DNA of 64,000 nucleotides, from IMG/VR virus record IMGVR_UViG_3300021964_007165, positions 1 through 64,000 of that record. One strand, given 5' to 3'. Below are positions 9,506 to 18,949 of the stretch, one piece after another; the first letter of the stretch is position 1, and the number at the start of each line of letters is the position of its first letter. This DNA is from a virus. The notes under the pieces were generated by a model. It saw only the letters and a list, made by a program, of their open reading frames with translations. It was not told where the DNA came from and searched no databases. A program made the translations under genes and the position numbers.

Positions 9506-10485
9506 TAAATATACCTTGCATTCAATGGTTCACTATAACTTTGTACTTGTTCCGATATTCTATTAAGTTCGTGTTTAGCACAAAATTTCATAAGTTTGAC
9601 ACCGACTTGTGATACTTCTTTTGGCTTGCTGTTGTCTGCTATTACCTGTGCTAAAATTTGTTTAATCTCATCAGGTTGTGCAGATAAGTCACAAAGTGTT
9701 ACGTTACGTTGATAGTCTTCAAGCACACGATGTTCTACACCTTCGTGATCTAACCAACGTTGTAGCATAAGGTTATTCCAGTTGTAACCCTTAGATTGTT
9801 TATCTTCAAATGCTTCTTGTAAGCCTACTTTGTTCTTAGTACCTTTTACTCTTACACCCGGATATGCAGAGAATACATTGTCACTTGTATCACCACGCAT
9901 ACATTTTTCAAACAACAACCATTCAGGATTGGGTGCAGGCTTCGGTTCTTTGGTTTTCTTATCGATCACCGGCTTGCCCTTGTCGTCAAAATAACCTTCG
10001 TGTGTAATAGTTACATTTTGTACACCATTGTATTGTTTTACGTTAGGCGCAATAAGTTGTGCAAAGTCACCATCTGTACTAATAATAACATGATTATCAT
10101 CAGGGTGCGATTGTACCCAACCTGCAATCAAATCATCTGCTTCAAGTTGCGGATGTTGCATCACAGTACAATTAGTTTTTGTAGTTACAAAGTCTTTAAA
10201 CTCATCAAACATTTCCCAGAATACTTCTTCTTCCTCTTGCTGACTTGCAGTAAGAGCCGCACGAGCATCACTTCTATTTCGCTTGTAAGGTTCGTAATAG
10301 TCTTTACGCCAACTGCGTCCTTCAAGACAAAAGATAACATGACTACCATCAAAATCTTGCCATGCTTTTCTAATTCCATTTAATGTAATATGAAAAGCCA
10401 TACCAACTTTGTCTGTAAGATTGCCTCTCACAACATGTCTTGCACGAAAGAATGTGTTAGCAGTATCTACAAGAATATAAGTCAT
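9505..10485 (-). CDS. rnh: RNase H / 5'-3' exonuclease (T4 Rnh-like)
   Basis: ILVD, WRK...YK.NR, EADD, STDGDFAQL, GDTSDNV motifs. Confidence 0.9.
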   Translation of the reverse strand: MTYILVDTANTFFRARHVVRGNLTDKVGMAFHITLNGIRKAWQDFDGSHVIFCLEGRSWRKDYYEPYKRNRSDARAALTASQQEEEEVFWEMFDEFKDFVTTKTNCTVMQHPQLEADDLIAGWVQSHPDDNHVIISTDGDFAQLIAPNVKQYNGVQNVTITHEGYFDDKGKPVIDKKTKEPKPAPNPEWLLFEKCMRGDTSDNVFSAYPGVRVKGTKNKVGLQEAFEDKQSKGYNWNNLMLQRWLDHEGVEHRVLEDYQRNVTLCDLSAQPDEIKQILAQVIADNSKPKEVSQVGVKLMKFCAKHELNRISEQVQSYSEPLNARYI

Positions 10486-10524
10486 TTTTTGTCCTTAAAA
10501 TATTTTTCACTGTGTCTATAGTTT

Positions 10525-10553
10525 ATTATACTATTTTTCAGGAGTGTTGTCAA
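10525..10553 (-). promoter_or_regulatory. sigma70-type promoter TTGACA-N17-TATAAT
   Basis: perfect consensus upstream of rnh. Confidence 0.85.
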
Positions 10554-11241
10554 CCTGTTGTTTTGATTTTTCTTGTATTTCTTTTAAGACTTCTTGATTC
10601 ATAAAAGGAATAGCATTCATTTCTTTGTGATCAAAACTGTTTGTTAATCGTAAATCAAAAGCAACACTAATACGTAGATCGTCTCTCGTGTGTGGTTCTA
10701 CATAGTGCGGAGTACAACTTGGAAATATTACACAACCTCCTTTTTTGTTTGGCAGTGCAATTTTTGATTCTGGATCAAACTGCGAATGATACACAGTGTT
10801 TGTATGATAATCACCAAAATGCATATTACCACTTAGATATGAATCTGGTTGTGCACCGTGGGCATGTGAATCCATTCCCTCATCTTTTCGTAAAATGTTT
10901 GCCCAACAAACAATTTGTAAATCTTTAAGTTCTAATTGTTGCTTTTGTACATATTCAAGATATGAATATCTTAAAAAAGTAAGCAACTCTTTAAAAGAAG
11001 GATTATCTTGTTCCAGTAAATTATAACGACCAAATCTTGTAGTAATGTGATTTTGATCTAAACCGGTACCACCTGTGTTTGTATAATCGTAGTCAAGAAT
11101 AGTTTTTTCGTTGTTTTCAATCCATGTATGAATATTATCAACATGTTGGAGATCAGTCCAATTGGTTAACCAAAGAGGAATATTCCAACTTGGTGAAAAC
11201 TCTGTTTGCGGGTGATAACTTTTAATTCTAATTAACGACAC
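10531..11241 (-). CDS. putative 2OG-Fe(II) oxygenase
   Basis: WAN...HAH...LSG...IFPS..PHYV...RISVAFD. Confidence 0.75.
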   Translation of the reverse strand: MSLIRIKSYHPQTEFSPSWNIPLWLTNWTDLQHVDNIHTWIENNEKTILDYDYTNTGGTGLDQNHITTRFGRYNLLEQDNPSFKELLTFLRYSYLEYVQKQQLELKDLQIVCWANILRKDEGMDSHAHGAQPDSYLSGNMHFGDYHTNTVYHSQFDPESKIALPNKKGGCVIFPSCTPHYVEPHTRDDLRISVAFDLRLTNSFDHKEMNAIPFMNQEVLKEIQEKSKQQVDNTPEK

Positions 11242-11609
11242 TATTTGACCTCCGATTTACCGTCACCTAAGTTTTTCGTATTAATATATCCTGCTCCTCT
11301 ATCCGGATTGTGACCTTCTTCGGATAAAACATTTCTTGCAAGATCTTTAAACCACATATCAACTATTTCTTCATTTGATTCGCCTTGGTATCCAGCATCT
11401 ATTAGTTGCTCGATAAACTCGTTATTCCAATCAAGTTCAAAAAAGCCGTTTCGAATGTTGTCTTTGTTTATTTGTGTATCAAGTACTCCTACCCAAGGCT
11501 TCTTGGCCTTAGTTGCCTCTTCTTTTTCTTTCATCATTAAATCTTTGTGAGAAAGTTCTTTTGTTTCAGTTTGTTTCTTTTTAAACATATTTTTTAGTTT
11601 ATCCATCAT
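11241..11609 (-). CDS. hypothetical protein
   Basis: 122-aa ORF in operon. Confidence 0.65.
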   Translation of the reverse strand: MMDKLKNMFKKKQTETKELSHKDLMMKEKEEATKAKKPWVGVLDTQINKDNIRNGFFELDWNNEFIEQLIDAGYQGESNEEIVDMWFKDLARNVLSEEGHNPDRGAGYINTKNLGDGKSEVK

Positions 11610-11645
11610 AATCCAGCCTTTCTTGCTTTGACGTCCAGCGTCTCA

Positions 11646-12542
11646 TTAAGTTCCCCAAGCGTTTCCGAAGATGTCGACGTGTAGTCTGGGGGTATAGCGC
11701 CAGCCTCGCTCCATTGCCAATTCTGCGACTCCTCTTGTATTGAGTTTGTATTCTTCCGATCTCCCACCCAAGGGCATAACATATACAGGGACATCAATGC
11801 CTTCTTTGCGATATTCATCAACCGCTTTAGCCACTTCGTCCACATCATATTCATCAGCCACAACAAACTTGAAATACATATCACTATTAGGTACATCAAA
11901 GTAACTACGAGCAATGTCAGGCTTGATAGCAGTATCCCAAGGCTCTCCGCTAACGGAAAGTTTAGGACTGCACGACCAAGTGATTCGGAATCTGTTTTGA
12001 TTCTTAAGATACTCGACGAAATCTGGTCTAAGAGGTTGTGTTGTATTTGTTTCAAATGTAACATTTTTCAAATCCTCCATTCTTGGGTGTTCGAATAATT
12101 CAGTGTAAAATCTTTGCCACCCTAACAAAGGTTCGCCACCTGTTAAAATAAAATGAACATCCTGTCCATTATCCATTGTCCACTTACCTTGTGGAGTAAG
12201 ACTTAAAACATAATCAACCACTTCATCAACAGTGTGGTCTTTCATAAATTTTTTAAATTCTGGATAGATACTTGCATAAGTATCACACCCTGTGTGTACA
12301 ATTGGTAAGTCTTCAAACTTGTCAACTTTGTTAGTTATATCGTCATCGAGTAATGCTTTTACTTCACTGTTGTGTTTAATACCATTTGCAAGTTTGTTAT
12401 CACGCATAGGTTCGCCTCTGGCTAACCCAAAATTCATACAACGAAAATTACAGCCAAATGTTCTTAAAAAGACTGAAGGAACACCGACAAAACGTCCTTC
12501 ACCTTGTACAGAATAAAATGCTTCAGAGTATCTTAGTTTCAT
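11646..12542 (-). CDS. queE: 7-carboxy-7-deazaguanine synthase (radical SAM)
   Basis: FYSVQGEG..G.PSVFLRTFGCNFRC...GCDT, TGGEP, ETN, SPKL, RLH. Confidence 0.9.
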   Translation of the reverse strand: MKLRYSEAFYSVQGEGRFVGVPSVFLRTFGCNFRCMNFGLARGEPMRDNKLANGIKHNSEVKALLDDDITNKVDKFEDLPIVHTGCDTYASIYPEFKKFMKDHTVDEVVDYVLSLTPQGKWTMDNGQDVHFILTGGEPLLGWQRFYTELFEHPRMEDLKNVTFETNTTQPLRPDFVEYLKNQNRFRITWSCSPKLSVSGEPWDTAIKPDIARSYFDVPNSDMYFKFVVADEYDVDEVAKAVDEYRKEGIDVPVYVMPLGGRSEEYKLNTRGVAELAMERGWRYTPRLHVDIFGNAWGT

Positions 12543-12727
12543 TTGCTCACCTGTACAAGTGGTTCGTTAATATAAGAATCATTGTAATCACCATTCTTTT
12601 GATACTGACGAACCGAAGTGTCTTTTACAAGAACTCCGTCCTTTACAGTATAGGTAGTGTATTCTGCTTTGATTACACCTTCCTTAGATCTTTCAATATG
12701 TTGTTTCATAGGGCCTTCCTTAATCAT
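12539..12727 (-). CDS. hypothetical protein
   Basis: small ORF coupled between folE and queE. Confidence 0.5.
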   Translation of the reverse strand: MIKEGPMKQHIERSKEGVIKAEYTTYTVKDGVLVKDTSVRQYQKNGDYNDSYINEPLVQVSK

Positions 12728-13412
12728 GTGCAAACTCCTGCTGTAATTTAATATTGTCCATAAACTCTTTCTTAGTTCCCGGATCTTCAGCAAATGCACC
12801 TTTTAGCACAGTTGTCTGTGTAAGACTGCTCTTTGCCATAATGCCTCGATTCTCACAACAACCATGTGTTGCTTGAATGTAAACACCTACATTAGGACTT
12901 CCTGTTGCTTTCATAATTTCATGTGCAATATCGTTATTAAGTTCTTCTTGCAATGTACCTCGTCTTGCACACCATTGTGCTATACGTGTGTATTTGCTAA
13001 GGCCGATTAATGTTTCTGCGGCAATAATACCAATATATGCAACACCAGTAACAGGCTGATGATGATGTGAACAAACACTTCTAAGTTCACTACGTACAAC
13101 AAGCATACCTTTATAACCATCTTCAATATGATTAGGAAATGCAGTTGCATTAGGCATAGGATTATACCTACCACTCATTAATTCATTATAATACATTTTT
13201 GCAAGACGTCTTGCAGTATCTTGTGAATTTGGATCATTATCACGATCAATAATCAATCGATCAAGCACTGATTCAAATGCTTCTGTTGCTTCATCAATTA
13301 ATTTTTCTTTGTCGCCGGCATAGATAAATTCTGAGATATTATCACCTGCCCAATAACGCTTGTTAGCATCTTTTATTCTGCGTGTTACTTCTTCGTATTT
13401 TTTCAATTTCAT
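12720..13412 (-). CDS. folE: GTP cyclohydrolase I
   Basis: T..R.AKMY, SVCSHH, GLSKYTR, LQE, HGCCENRG. Confidence 0.92.
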   Translation of the reverse strand: MKLKKYEEVTRRIKDANKRYWAGDNISEFIYAGDKEKLIDEATEAFESVLDRLIIDRDNDPNSQDTARRLAKMYYNELMSGRYNPMPNATAFPNHIEDGYKGMLVVRSELRSVCSHHHQPVTGVAYIGIIAAETLIGLSKYTRIAQWCARRGTLQEELNNDIAHEIMKATGSPNVGVYIQATHGCCENRGIMAKSSLTQTTVLKGAFAEDPGTKKEFMDNIKLQQEFAHD

Positions 13413-13450
13413 TCTCCGAGTTATAGACGTGGATGTCTATTTTGTTTTAC

Positions 13451-13479
13451 ATTATATACTTTATTTAGGTTTTTGTCAA
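13451..13479 (-). promoter_or_regulatory. sigma70-type promoter TTGACA-N17-TATAAT (TAAATA within spacer)
   Basis: perfect consensus upstream of folE. Confidence 0.85.
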
Positions 13480-13491
13480 GTATATTATACA

Positions 13492-13701
13492 TCAAAAGTA
13501 CTTTTCGAGTACTTCTAATTGATCGTGATATTCTGCAATGATTTTCAACTCTTTTTCGACGGCTTCCAAAATGTCTGGATGCTCGCCCACTCCTGCTGAG
13601 TTTTTCAAATACACTTCAACATTCATTGCGTGTTTTGCAATATGTCCTTTTGCATGATCTTTGATTGCTTGAATCATGTTTTCTCTATTATATTCTGTCA
13701 T
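13492..13701 (-). CDS. hypothetical protein
   Basis: 69-aa helical ORF with RBS. Confidence 0.65.
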   Translation of the reverse strand: MTEYNRENMIQAIKDHAKGHIAKHAMNVEVYLKNSAGVGEHPDILEAVEKELKIIAEYHDQLEVLEKYF

Positions 13702-13702
13702 T

Positions 13703-14515
13703 TTAATTTTCCTTTCCAATTTGTGTTACAAATTCCTTTGCAATAAGAGTGTGTGCTTCTTTATTGAAGTGTTCGTCATCTATTGTAAAAGAATCTATAG
13801 GGTTCTTACTTTCCAAAAACTGTATTACGTTTTGGTTAGCAACTTTACCATAAGAACAGTCTCCAAGCATATTTAGATCTTTCGGGAGCCAGGTGTTCTC
13901 GTTAATGGCAAAGATTTTTAGTTCTGCATTATTTTCTTTACAGATTAAATTCCAAAGGTAAACTTCTTTGAAAAAACTTCTTTGTGCAACAACAGTCATT
14001 AGTTCATACCAAGCCTTAATACGTTGGTACCCATCTGTTTGTAAATTAGGATCTTGAATATCAAAAGGATCAAACTGCAAAGCGATTGTAGGACTGATTA
14101 CATAGTCTCCAGCAACAGTTATTCTGCCTCCATCAAAGCATTTAGCGTTATTGTTCCATTGACCGATATTATAACAATCGATCCGTCCTTTTGTTTCTTC
14201 TAAATTCATATGTGTATCAAGCGGTGTGATATTTTCGTAATGACAGGGATTACTAAATCCAACTCTATATCTGTCCCAATATGTTTGTTGTATAATAACT
14301 TCATCAATGTCGTCATATTTTTTAAATAAAAAAGCAAGGCGTTCACTGTAATCATACCAGCCTCTACCAGGACAAGCAAATATAACACCGTCTTTGTCTT
14401 GCTCATTTATATAGATTTCTGCCCAGTTGTTATCATTCCAACGATCACGTGTACCTTTGGTTTGAGAGTAACTATACCCTGCACTATGACTACAACCTAT
14501 AACGGCAGTTCTCAT
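13703..14515 (-). CDS. SGNH/GDSL-like hypothetical protein
   Basis: N-terminal IGCSHSAG and C-terminal DDEH (DxxH). Confidence 0.5.
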   Translation of the reverse strand: MRTAVIGCSHSAGYSYSQTKGTRDRWNDNNWAEIYINEQDKDGVIFACPGRGWYDYSERLAFLFKKYDDIDEVIIQQTYWDRYRVGFSNPCHYENITPLDTHMNLEETKGRIDCYNIGQWNNNAKCFDGGRITVAGDYVISPTIALQFDPFDIQDPNLQTDGYQRIKAWYELMTVVAQRSFFKEVYLWNLICKENNAELKIFAINENTWLPKDLNMLGDCSYGKVANQNVIQFLESKNPIDSFTIDDEHFNKEAHTLIAKEFVTQIGKEN

Positions 14516-14904
14516 TATACACAATCTCCTTGAAATAAACTTGATTGTCTTGGATTTCTTATCGTATATTTTTGTTTTTCAGGAATAACACCTCTAACAC
14601 CACCTTTAGGATCTGCCATATCACCTTTGCGTCTTGGAATTAAATGTACGTGTGGCCACATAACAGTTTGTCCTGCTTCTTTGCCTACATTCTGTCCAAT
14701 GTTATATGAATCACAGTAACCTTTCTGGACCCAATCGTAACCCCAAGCATATGCGGCCTTATAACATTTTTCTAATTTTTCCCAAGTTTCTTCTTTAGGT
14801 ACAAAAAGGATATGTCCTTCTGTAACTGGAAAGCCGTCACGAAACACAGTATAATCTCTTGTATCAATTAATACATCTTTCCATGGTACATCTTTAAATT
14901 CCAT
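14515..14904 (-). CDS. HIT family nucleotide hydrolase
   Basis: FPVTEGHILFVP, AGQTVMWPHVHLIPRRKGD. Confidence 0.85.
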   Translation of the reverse strand: MEFKDVPWKDVLIDTRDYTVFRDGFPVTEGHILFVPKEETWEKLEKCYKAAYAWGYDWVQKGYCDSYNIGQNVGKEAGQTVMWPHVHLIPRRKGDMADPKGGVRGVIPEKQKYTIRNPRQSSLFQGDCV

Positions 14905-14905
14905 A

Positions 14906-15640
14906 TTAAAACTCCTGTTTCCAAACTGCGGCACTAAAACCTTTTCCGTTTGTATCACCGCCATTATTATCTACTTCAACGCCGTCATATGTAATACTAC
15001 GCACAACGTCTTCCCCGTTTGTTGTTTCACTGTACTGTATTTTTAGTTTTTTAGGATCAAATGCTCCAACTGTTTCTACAATACCATCAAAGAATGTACC
15101 CTTTTCTAACGAAAGCATTTGTACAACGTATGTGCCTTTGTCTGGATAGGTATCCTCAACACTGTCAAGAATTTCGGTTTCGTAATCTGTTTCTTCACTA
15201 ATCTTGTTTGCCCATTCATTAACATTTGTATTTTCAATTATTGTTTCGATATGCTTACTACTATATTCTAAACCGTCTACTTCGTTTACTTCTATTTGAG
15301 CATTATCAATTGTAACCGCATGAATGTGTTCAAATTCGTTTGGCATTTCGTACCATTGACTACAAGCACCTACGCCTTCTTCATCATCGCTTAGAAAGTT
15401 TGCTTCAGGTGGAACACTATCAATATCTTCAAAATCAAATGTACCTTCTTCTGCGTTTAGCAAATAGTTGCATAGATCATTATCTCCATGCTCATCTACA
15501 ACAGGTTTCCAAAAATCGTATGCTTCTTTTGAAATACTTGCGTATGCGTGTTCGGCTCCATATCCCCATAGTTGAATATGATAGTAACGAGGACCTTTGA
15601 TTGTATCAACAAGTTCTTGTTTTTCTTCTGTAGTTGCCAT
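14906..15640 (-). CDS. hypothetical acidic protein
   Basis: 244-aa ORF with AGGAG RBS. Confidence 0.65.
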   Translation of the reverse strand: MATTEEKQELVDTIKGPRYYHIQLWGYGAEHAYASISKEAYDFWKPVVDEHGDNDLCNYLLNAEEGTFDFEDIDSVPPEANFLSDDEEGVGACSQWYEMPNEFEHIHAVTIDNAQIEVNEVDGLEYSSKHIETIIENTNVNEWANKISEETDYETEILDSVEDTYPDKGTYVVQMLSLEKGTFFDGIVETVGAFDPKKLKIQYSETTNGEDVVRSITYDGVEVDNNGGDTNGKGFSAAVWKQEF

Positions 15641-16203
15641 TAGTATTCTCCTACATTTTCCCAAGGATACACTAACCATACGTCTTCCTCAGCCTTATTA
15701 ACTTCATCGCAAGAGTATGACACACCGTCAAACCCACTTGATAAATTTTCTGTTAATACAGCAAATCGAACAGTATTTCCCCACACTGCTTTCCAGGCAA
15801 CAGTTTCATTAGGCAAACAACTGCTCTGCCAGTCCTGTTTAATCCAGTTAAAGGTAGAACCTGTATCGTTGATATCGTCTACAATTAAAATATTTTTGCG
15901 TAAGTTAGGTGCCCAACGAGCACCAGTTGTTCCTGTTTCTTTTTCGTCATAGTTGTATCCAAACGCATCTTCACTCATCCAAGCATTTGTTTCACTACCG
16001 TGTCCGCTATCATCACGCAAACTTACTTTAAGTGCTTCACAACTAATACCAGTCATATTGCTAATAATAGTTGCAGGCACATTGCCGCCTCGTGTAATAC
16101 CTACAATGTAGTCAGGACGCCATTTGTCCTTGTACATTTGATTAACAATACTGACGCACATTTTTTCTACGTCTTGCCAACTGTAAAACTTTTTCTTAAT
16201 CAT
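15640..16203 (-). CDS. type I phosphoribosyltransferase (purine PRTase-like)
   Basis: IVGITRGG, PRPP loop ILIVDDINDTGST, WLVYPWE. Confidence 0.85.
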   Translation of the reverse strand: MIKKKFYSWQDVEKMCVSIVNQMYKDKWRPDYIVGITRGGNVPATIISNMTGISCEALKVSLRDDSGHGSETNAWMSEDAFGYNYDEKETGTTGARWAPNLRKNILIVDDINDTGSTFNWIKQDWQSSCLPNETVAWKAVWGNTVRFAVLTENLSSGFDGVSYSCDEVNKAEEDVWLVYPWENVGEY

Positions 16204-16834
16204 GACCTTTCCTTACCTCTATTAAGTTTGAGTTACCTTTTTCTACAATAATACCAGTTCCATTATTAAATCCAGCATTAACAAATTTAAGTGCGGGAAC
16301 AAATCTTGCATTAGATCTAAATCCTGTTGCACTGTGATTTATATTACTCTTAAAAAAACAAAAACGTCCTGGTACAGGAGCAACACTAATAATTAACGGA
16401 TCAGTATTTCCTTGTACATCTTTAAGTTCATATCCTTCTAAGTCTTCAGTAGTAATAAAAAATTTAGTTTCACCTTTCTCGTCTGGACTCCAAGTACTAT
16501 TACAATAATAAAGAAGTGTCCAATCGCAGTCGTCTTTATGGTAGTATGCATCTTCTCCAGTGGCAAAAAAGTTAAGATTGCTTCTACGATATTCTAACCC
16601 TTCGAGGTCATCTAATTTTTCATTAATAACGTTCCATATGGTTGACCAAGTATGTGTATGTTCAAATTCAAAACATTGTAATCCTGTGGGAGGTTGCTCT
16701 GGGTTGTCTCTTGTCCCCCATTTGAAACTTAAATTTTGTATTTCATTTTCGAGAACTTTTATTACTTTAGGATTAAAAACGTTATCGTACGTTTTGATTA
16801 AACCTCCAAAGTATGTAGTGCGTTTAATCTCCAC
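16196..16834 (-). CDS. 2OG-Fe(II) oxygenase
   Basis: HKD...TLLYY.N..W....GET, H..., R. Confidence 0.75.
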   Translation of the reverse strand: MEIKRTTYFGGLIKTYDNVFNPKVIKVLENEIQNLSFKWGTRDNPEQPPTGLQCFEFEHTHTWSTIWNVINEKLDDLEGLEYRRSNLNFFATGEDAYYHKDDCDWTLLYYCNSTWSPDEKGETKFFITTEDLEGYELKDVQGNTDPLIISVAPVPGRFCFFKSNINHSATGFRSNARFVPALKFVNAGFNNGTGIIVEKGNSNLIEVRKGHD

Positions 16835-17339
16835 CTTTTGCTCCTATCCCTAAATATTCTTCATTGTGTATCCATTTGTAACCACGTTCCTCAATTTGAC
16901 CTTTGTTAGTAAAAGGAAGGAATCCCCATTCTTTAACTTTACGTCCCATAAAGAATAAACTCCAACAAGGAATCTCGTTACCGTTTGCATCTTTCTCAAG
17001 TTCGAGCCAATGCAGATCGTCTGCTTTTCTATAACGGAAATGTCCAGGACCTCTCCACACTTTTGTACTACCCACAACTCCGCCTGTTGTTACATTTTTA
17101 AGCGGAATATGTTCCCAGTAACCACCTTTAAGAATAAGTGTTGCATAATTCCACGGATGGTCATGCAGTGTGGGCTCATCTCCTACAAGAACTTTGTGTA
17201 GTGTAATATTGAATGGAAAACGCTTTCTATTTTTTAGAAATACATAGTAACGGATAAGATAAGGTATCTTTCCGTCTCTATCGTAAATAACTCTTTTACG
17301 TCCTAATAGTTCCATTAATTTAGAAAGGAATGTCATCAT
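16824..17339 (-). CDS. cupin-like protein
   Basis: LHDHPW...ILKGGYWEH...H. Confidence 0.55.
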   Translation of the reverse strand: MMTFLSKLMELLGRKRVIYDRDGKIPYLIRYYVFLKNRKRFPFNITLHKVLVGDEPTLHDHPWNYATLILKGGYWEHIPLKNVTTGGVVGSTKVWRGPGHFRYRKADDLHWLELEKDANGNEIPCWSLFFMGRKVKEWGFLPFTNKGQIEERGYKWIHNEEYLGIGAKGGD

Positions 17340-17658
17340 TTGCTCTACTCTTATAATCGTCTTTTACTAAATTATACACTTCAATAAATTTTAGATATTG
17401 AATTTTAAGTGCTGGATATATTTCAATCATTTTTTCAAGATCGTATTCACTTGGCCATTTTGCCGGACCAGTATCGAAATCTTCAAAAGTATATGTTGGT
17501 GCAAAAGCAGGAGATTCATATGATGATGTGTACTCATCGTTATTAAGTGAAATAGTAAAAGTACCATCTGTTTCGCATAAATCATCTTTGGCTATAGTAA
17601 TACCATCAATACTTCCGTCTGAAGAGTAATTAACAGTATAAGAGTTATCATCATCCAT
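17320..17658 (-). CDS. hypothetical protein
   Basis: acidic ORF coupled to neighbours. Confidence 0.55.
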   Translation of the reverse strand: MDDDNSYTVNYSSDGSIDGITIAKDDLCETDGTFTISLNNDEYTSSYESPAFAPTYTFEDFDTGPAKWPSEYDLEKMIEIYPALKIQYLKFIEVYNLVKDDYKSRANDDIPF

Positions 17659-18703
17659 TTGCAATTTTCTCGTATAGTTTTTTTCCACTAAAATATTCCT
17701 GTGCTAATTTCAATGTTTGCTTCTGCATGGGAATCAAGTAATCTTTATAATTTTCCATATAATTAATAATCCTATTACAAACTTGTTCTTTGTGCTTTTT
17801 ATAAGTTTCAAAATCTTTTGTCCATATACTTGGATACTTGAATTCTTCAAGTGCCATCTCACTATAACTAAGTCTATCAGGAACCATAGGAATAGCATCT
17901 ACAAGTGCGCCTTCATACCAACTAATACCAAGTGTTTCTTGTAGGTTAGCAGAGAATATAAGTTTTGCTTTTCCTAATAAATTATGATACTCATTTTTAG
18001 TCAACTGTTTTTCTTGGCAAACTACAAATTCATATTGTGGTAATTTCTCTTTTAGATCTCTAAAGATATCAATCTGTTTCTCTGGTGCAATTCTGTGTGG
18101 GAAAAGAATTAAATTTTCTTTATCCATATTTTTATACATATTAAAACTATTAGCCAAATACTCCATAGGCCAACCAACACGTACTGGTTCATGCTCTACA
18201 GTAATTTCTCTAAACGATTCTTCAAACAAATCAATATGGAAGTCTGTAGCAAAGAAGTTATCGTCATAACATTCATACATTGACCGCTCTGCATTTCTTA
18301 CCCAAGGCTTATCGCCAATTAGTCTGCCCAAGAAATCCTGTGGGTCATAACTACCAGCATGCCACAAGCCACCAATGCGAATGTTAACACCCAATAGTTC
18401 TGCCATGTAGCGTAGTTGTATAACTGTAGGGTTCCAGGCATCGGTATAGAGAAAATAATCGCCGTCCTTAATAGTTCCTGCACAGAACATTTCTCCTATT
18501 TGTTCTAATTGTTTACTTTTATAAACATTAGTACCGCCGAAATTAAGGAAAGCCCCAGGCGTAGTTGCCTGAGGCGTTTCCCCACCACTAATGACTTTTA
18601 TATCTTCATTTGTAGCACGTTGAAGTTGCTTTGGCAGATGTTCTTTCCATTGCTTAGTATAGCGTGTGTCTACTGCTTCAATGTCTACAATATAAACTGC
18701 CAT
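17651..18703 (-). CDS. GT-B fold glycosyltransferase (GT4-like)
   Basis: FPHRIAPEK, QETLGISWYEG (E-x7-E), P..LSYSEM. Confidence 0.75.
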   Translation of the reverse strand: MAVYIVDIEAVDTRYTKQWKEHLPKQLQRATNEDIKVISGGETPQATTPGAFLNFGGTNVYKSKQLEQIGEMFCAGTIKDGDYFLYTDAWNPTVIQLRYMAELLGVNIRIGGLWHAGSYDPQDFLGRLIGDKPWVRNAERSMYECYDDNFFATDFHIDLFEESFREITVEHEPVRVGWPMEYLANSFNMYKNMDKENLILFPHRIAPEKQIDIFRDLKEKLPQYEFVVCQEKQLTKNEYHNLLGKAKLIFSANLQETLGISWYEGALVDAIPMVPDRLSYSEMALEEFKYPSIWTKDFETYKKHKEQVCNRIINYMENYKDYLIPMQKQTLKLAQEYFSGKKLYEKIANG

Positions 18704-18936
18704 TAGTGCCTCCTGTTGTTAAACTTCTTATTTTTATTAAAAGGGCGTGGTTTCTTGCCCTTTTTAAAATTACAAAAGTTACGCCACGCTTCACTTTTGT
18801 TATTATACAAGTCTCTCTCATCAAACTTGTATGCACGATGGTAACCTAACACCCAAGAACTCGCACAAAATTCTTTAAATGCTTCAAGGTCATTAAAAAC
18901 CTTGTTGTAAACTTCACGATCAAACTTAATCGCCAT
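18703..18936 (-). CDS. hypothetical basic protein
   Basis: 77-aa ORF with GAGG RBS. Confidence 0.6.
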   Translation of the reverse strand: MAIKFDREVYNKVFNDLEAFKEFCASSWVLGYHRAYKFDERDLYNNKSEAWRNFCNFKKGKKPRPFNKNKKFNNRRH

Positions 18937-18949
18937 TTGATTATACCTC

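Noticed and set aside
11606-12064. 152-aa alternative-frame ORF inside queE
   Set aside because: Nested in a conserved gene with no recognisable features
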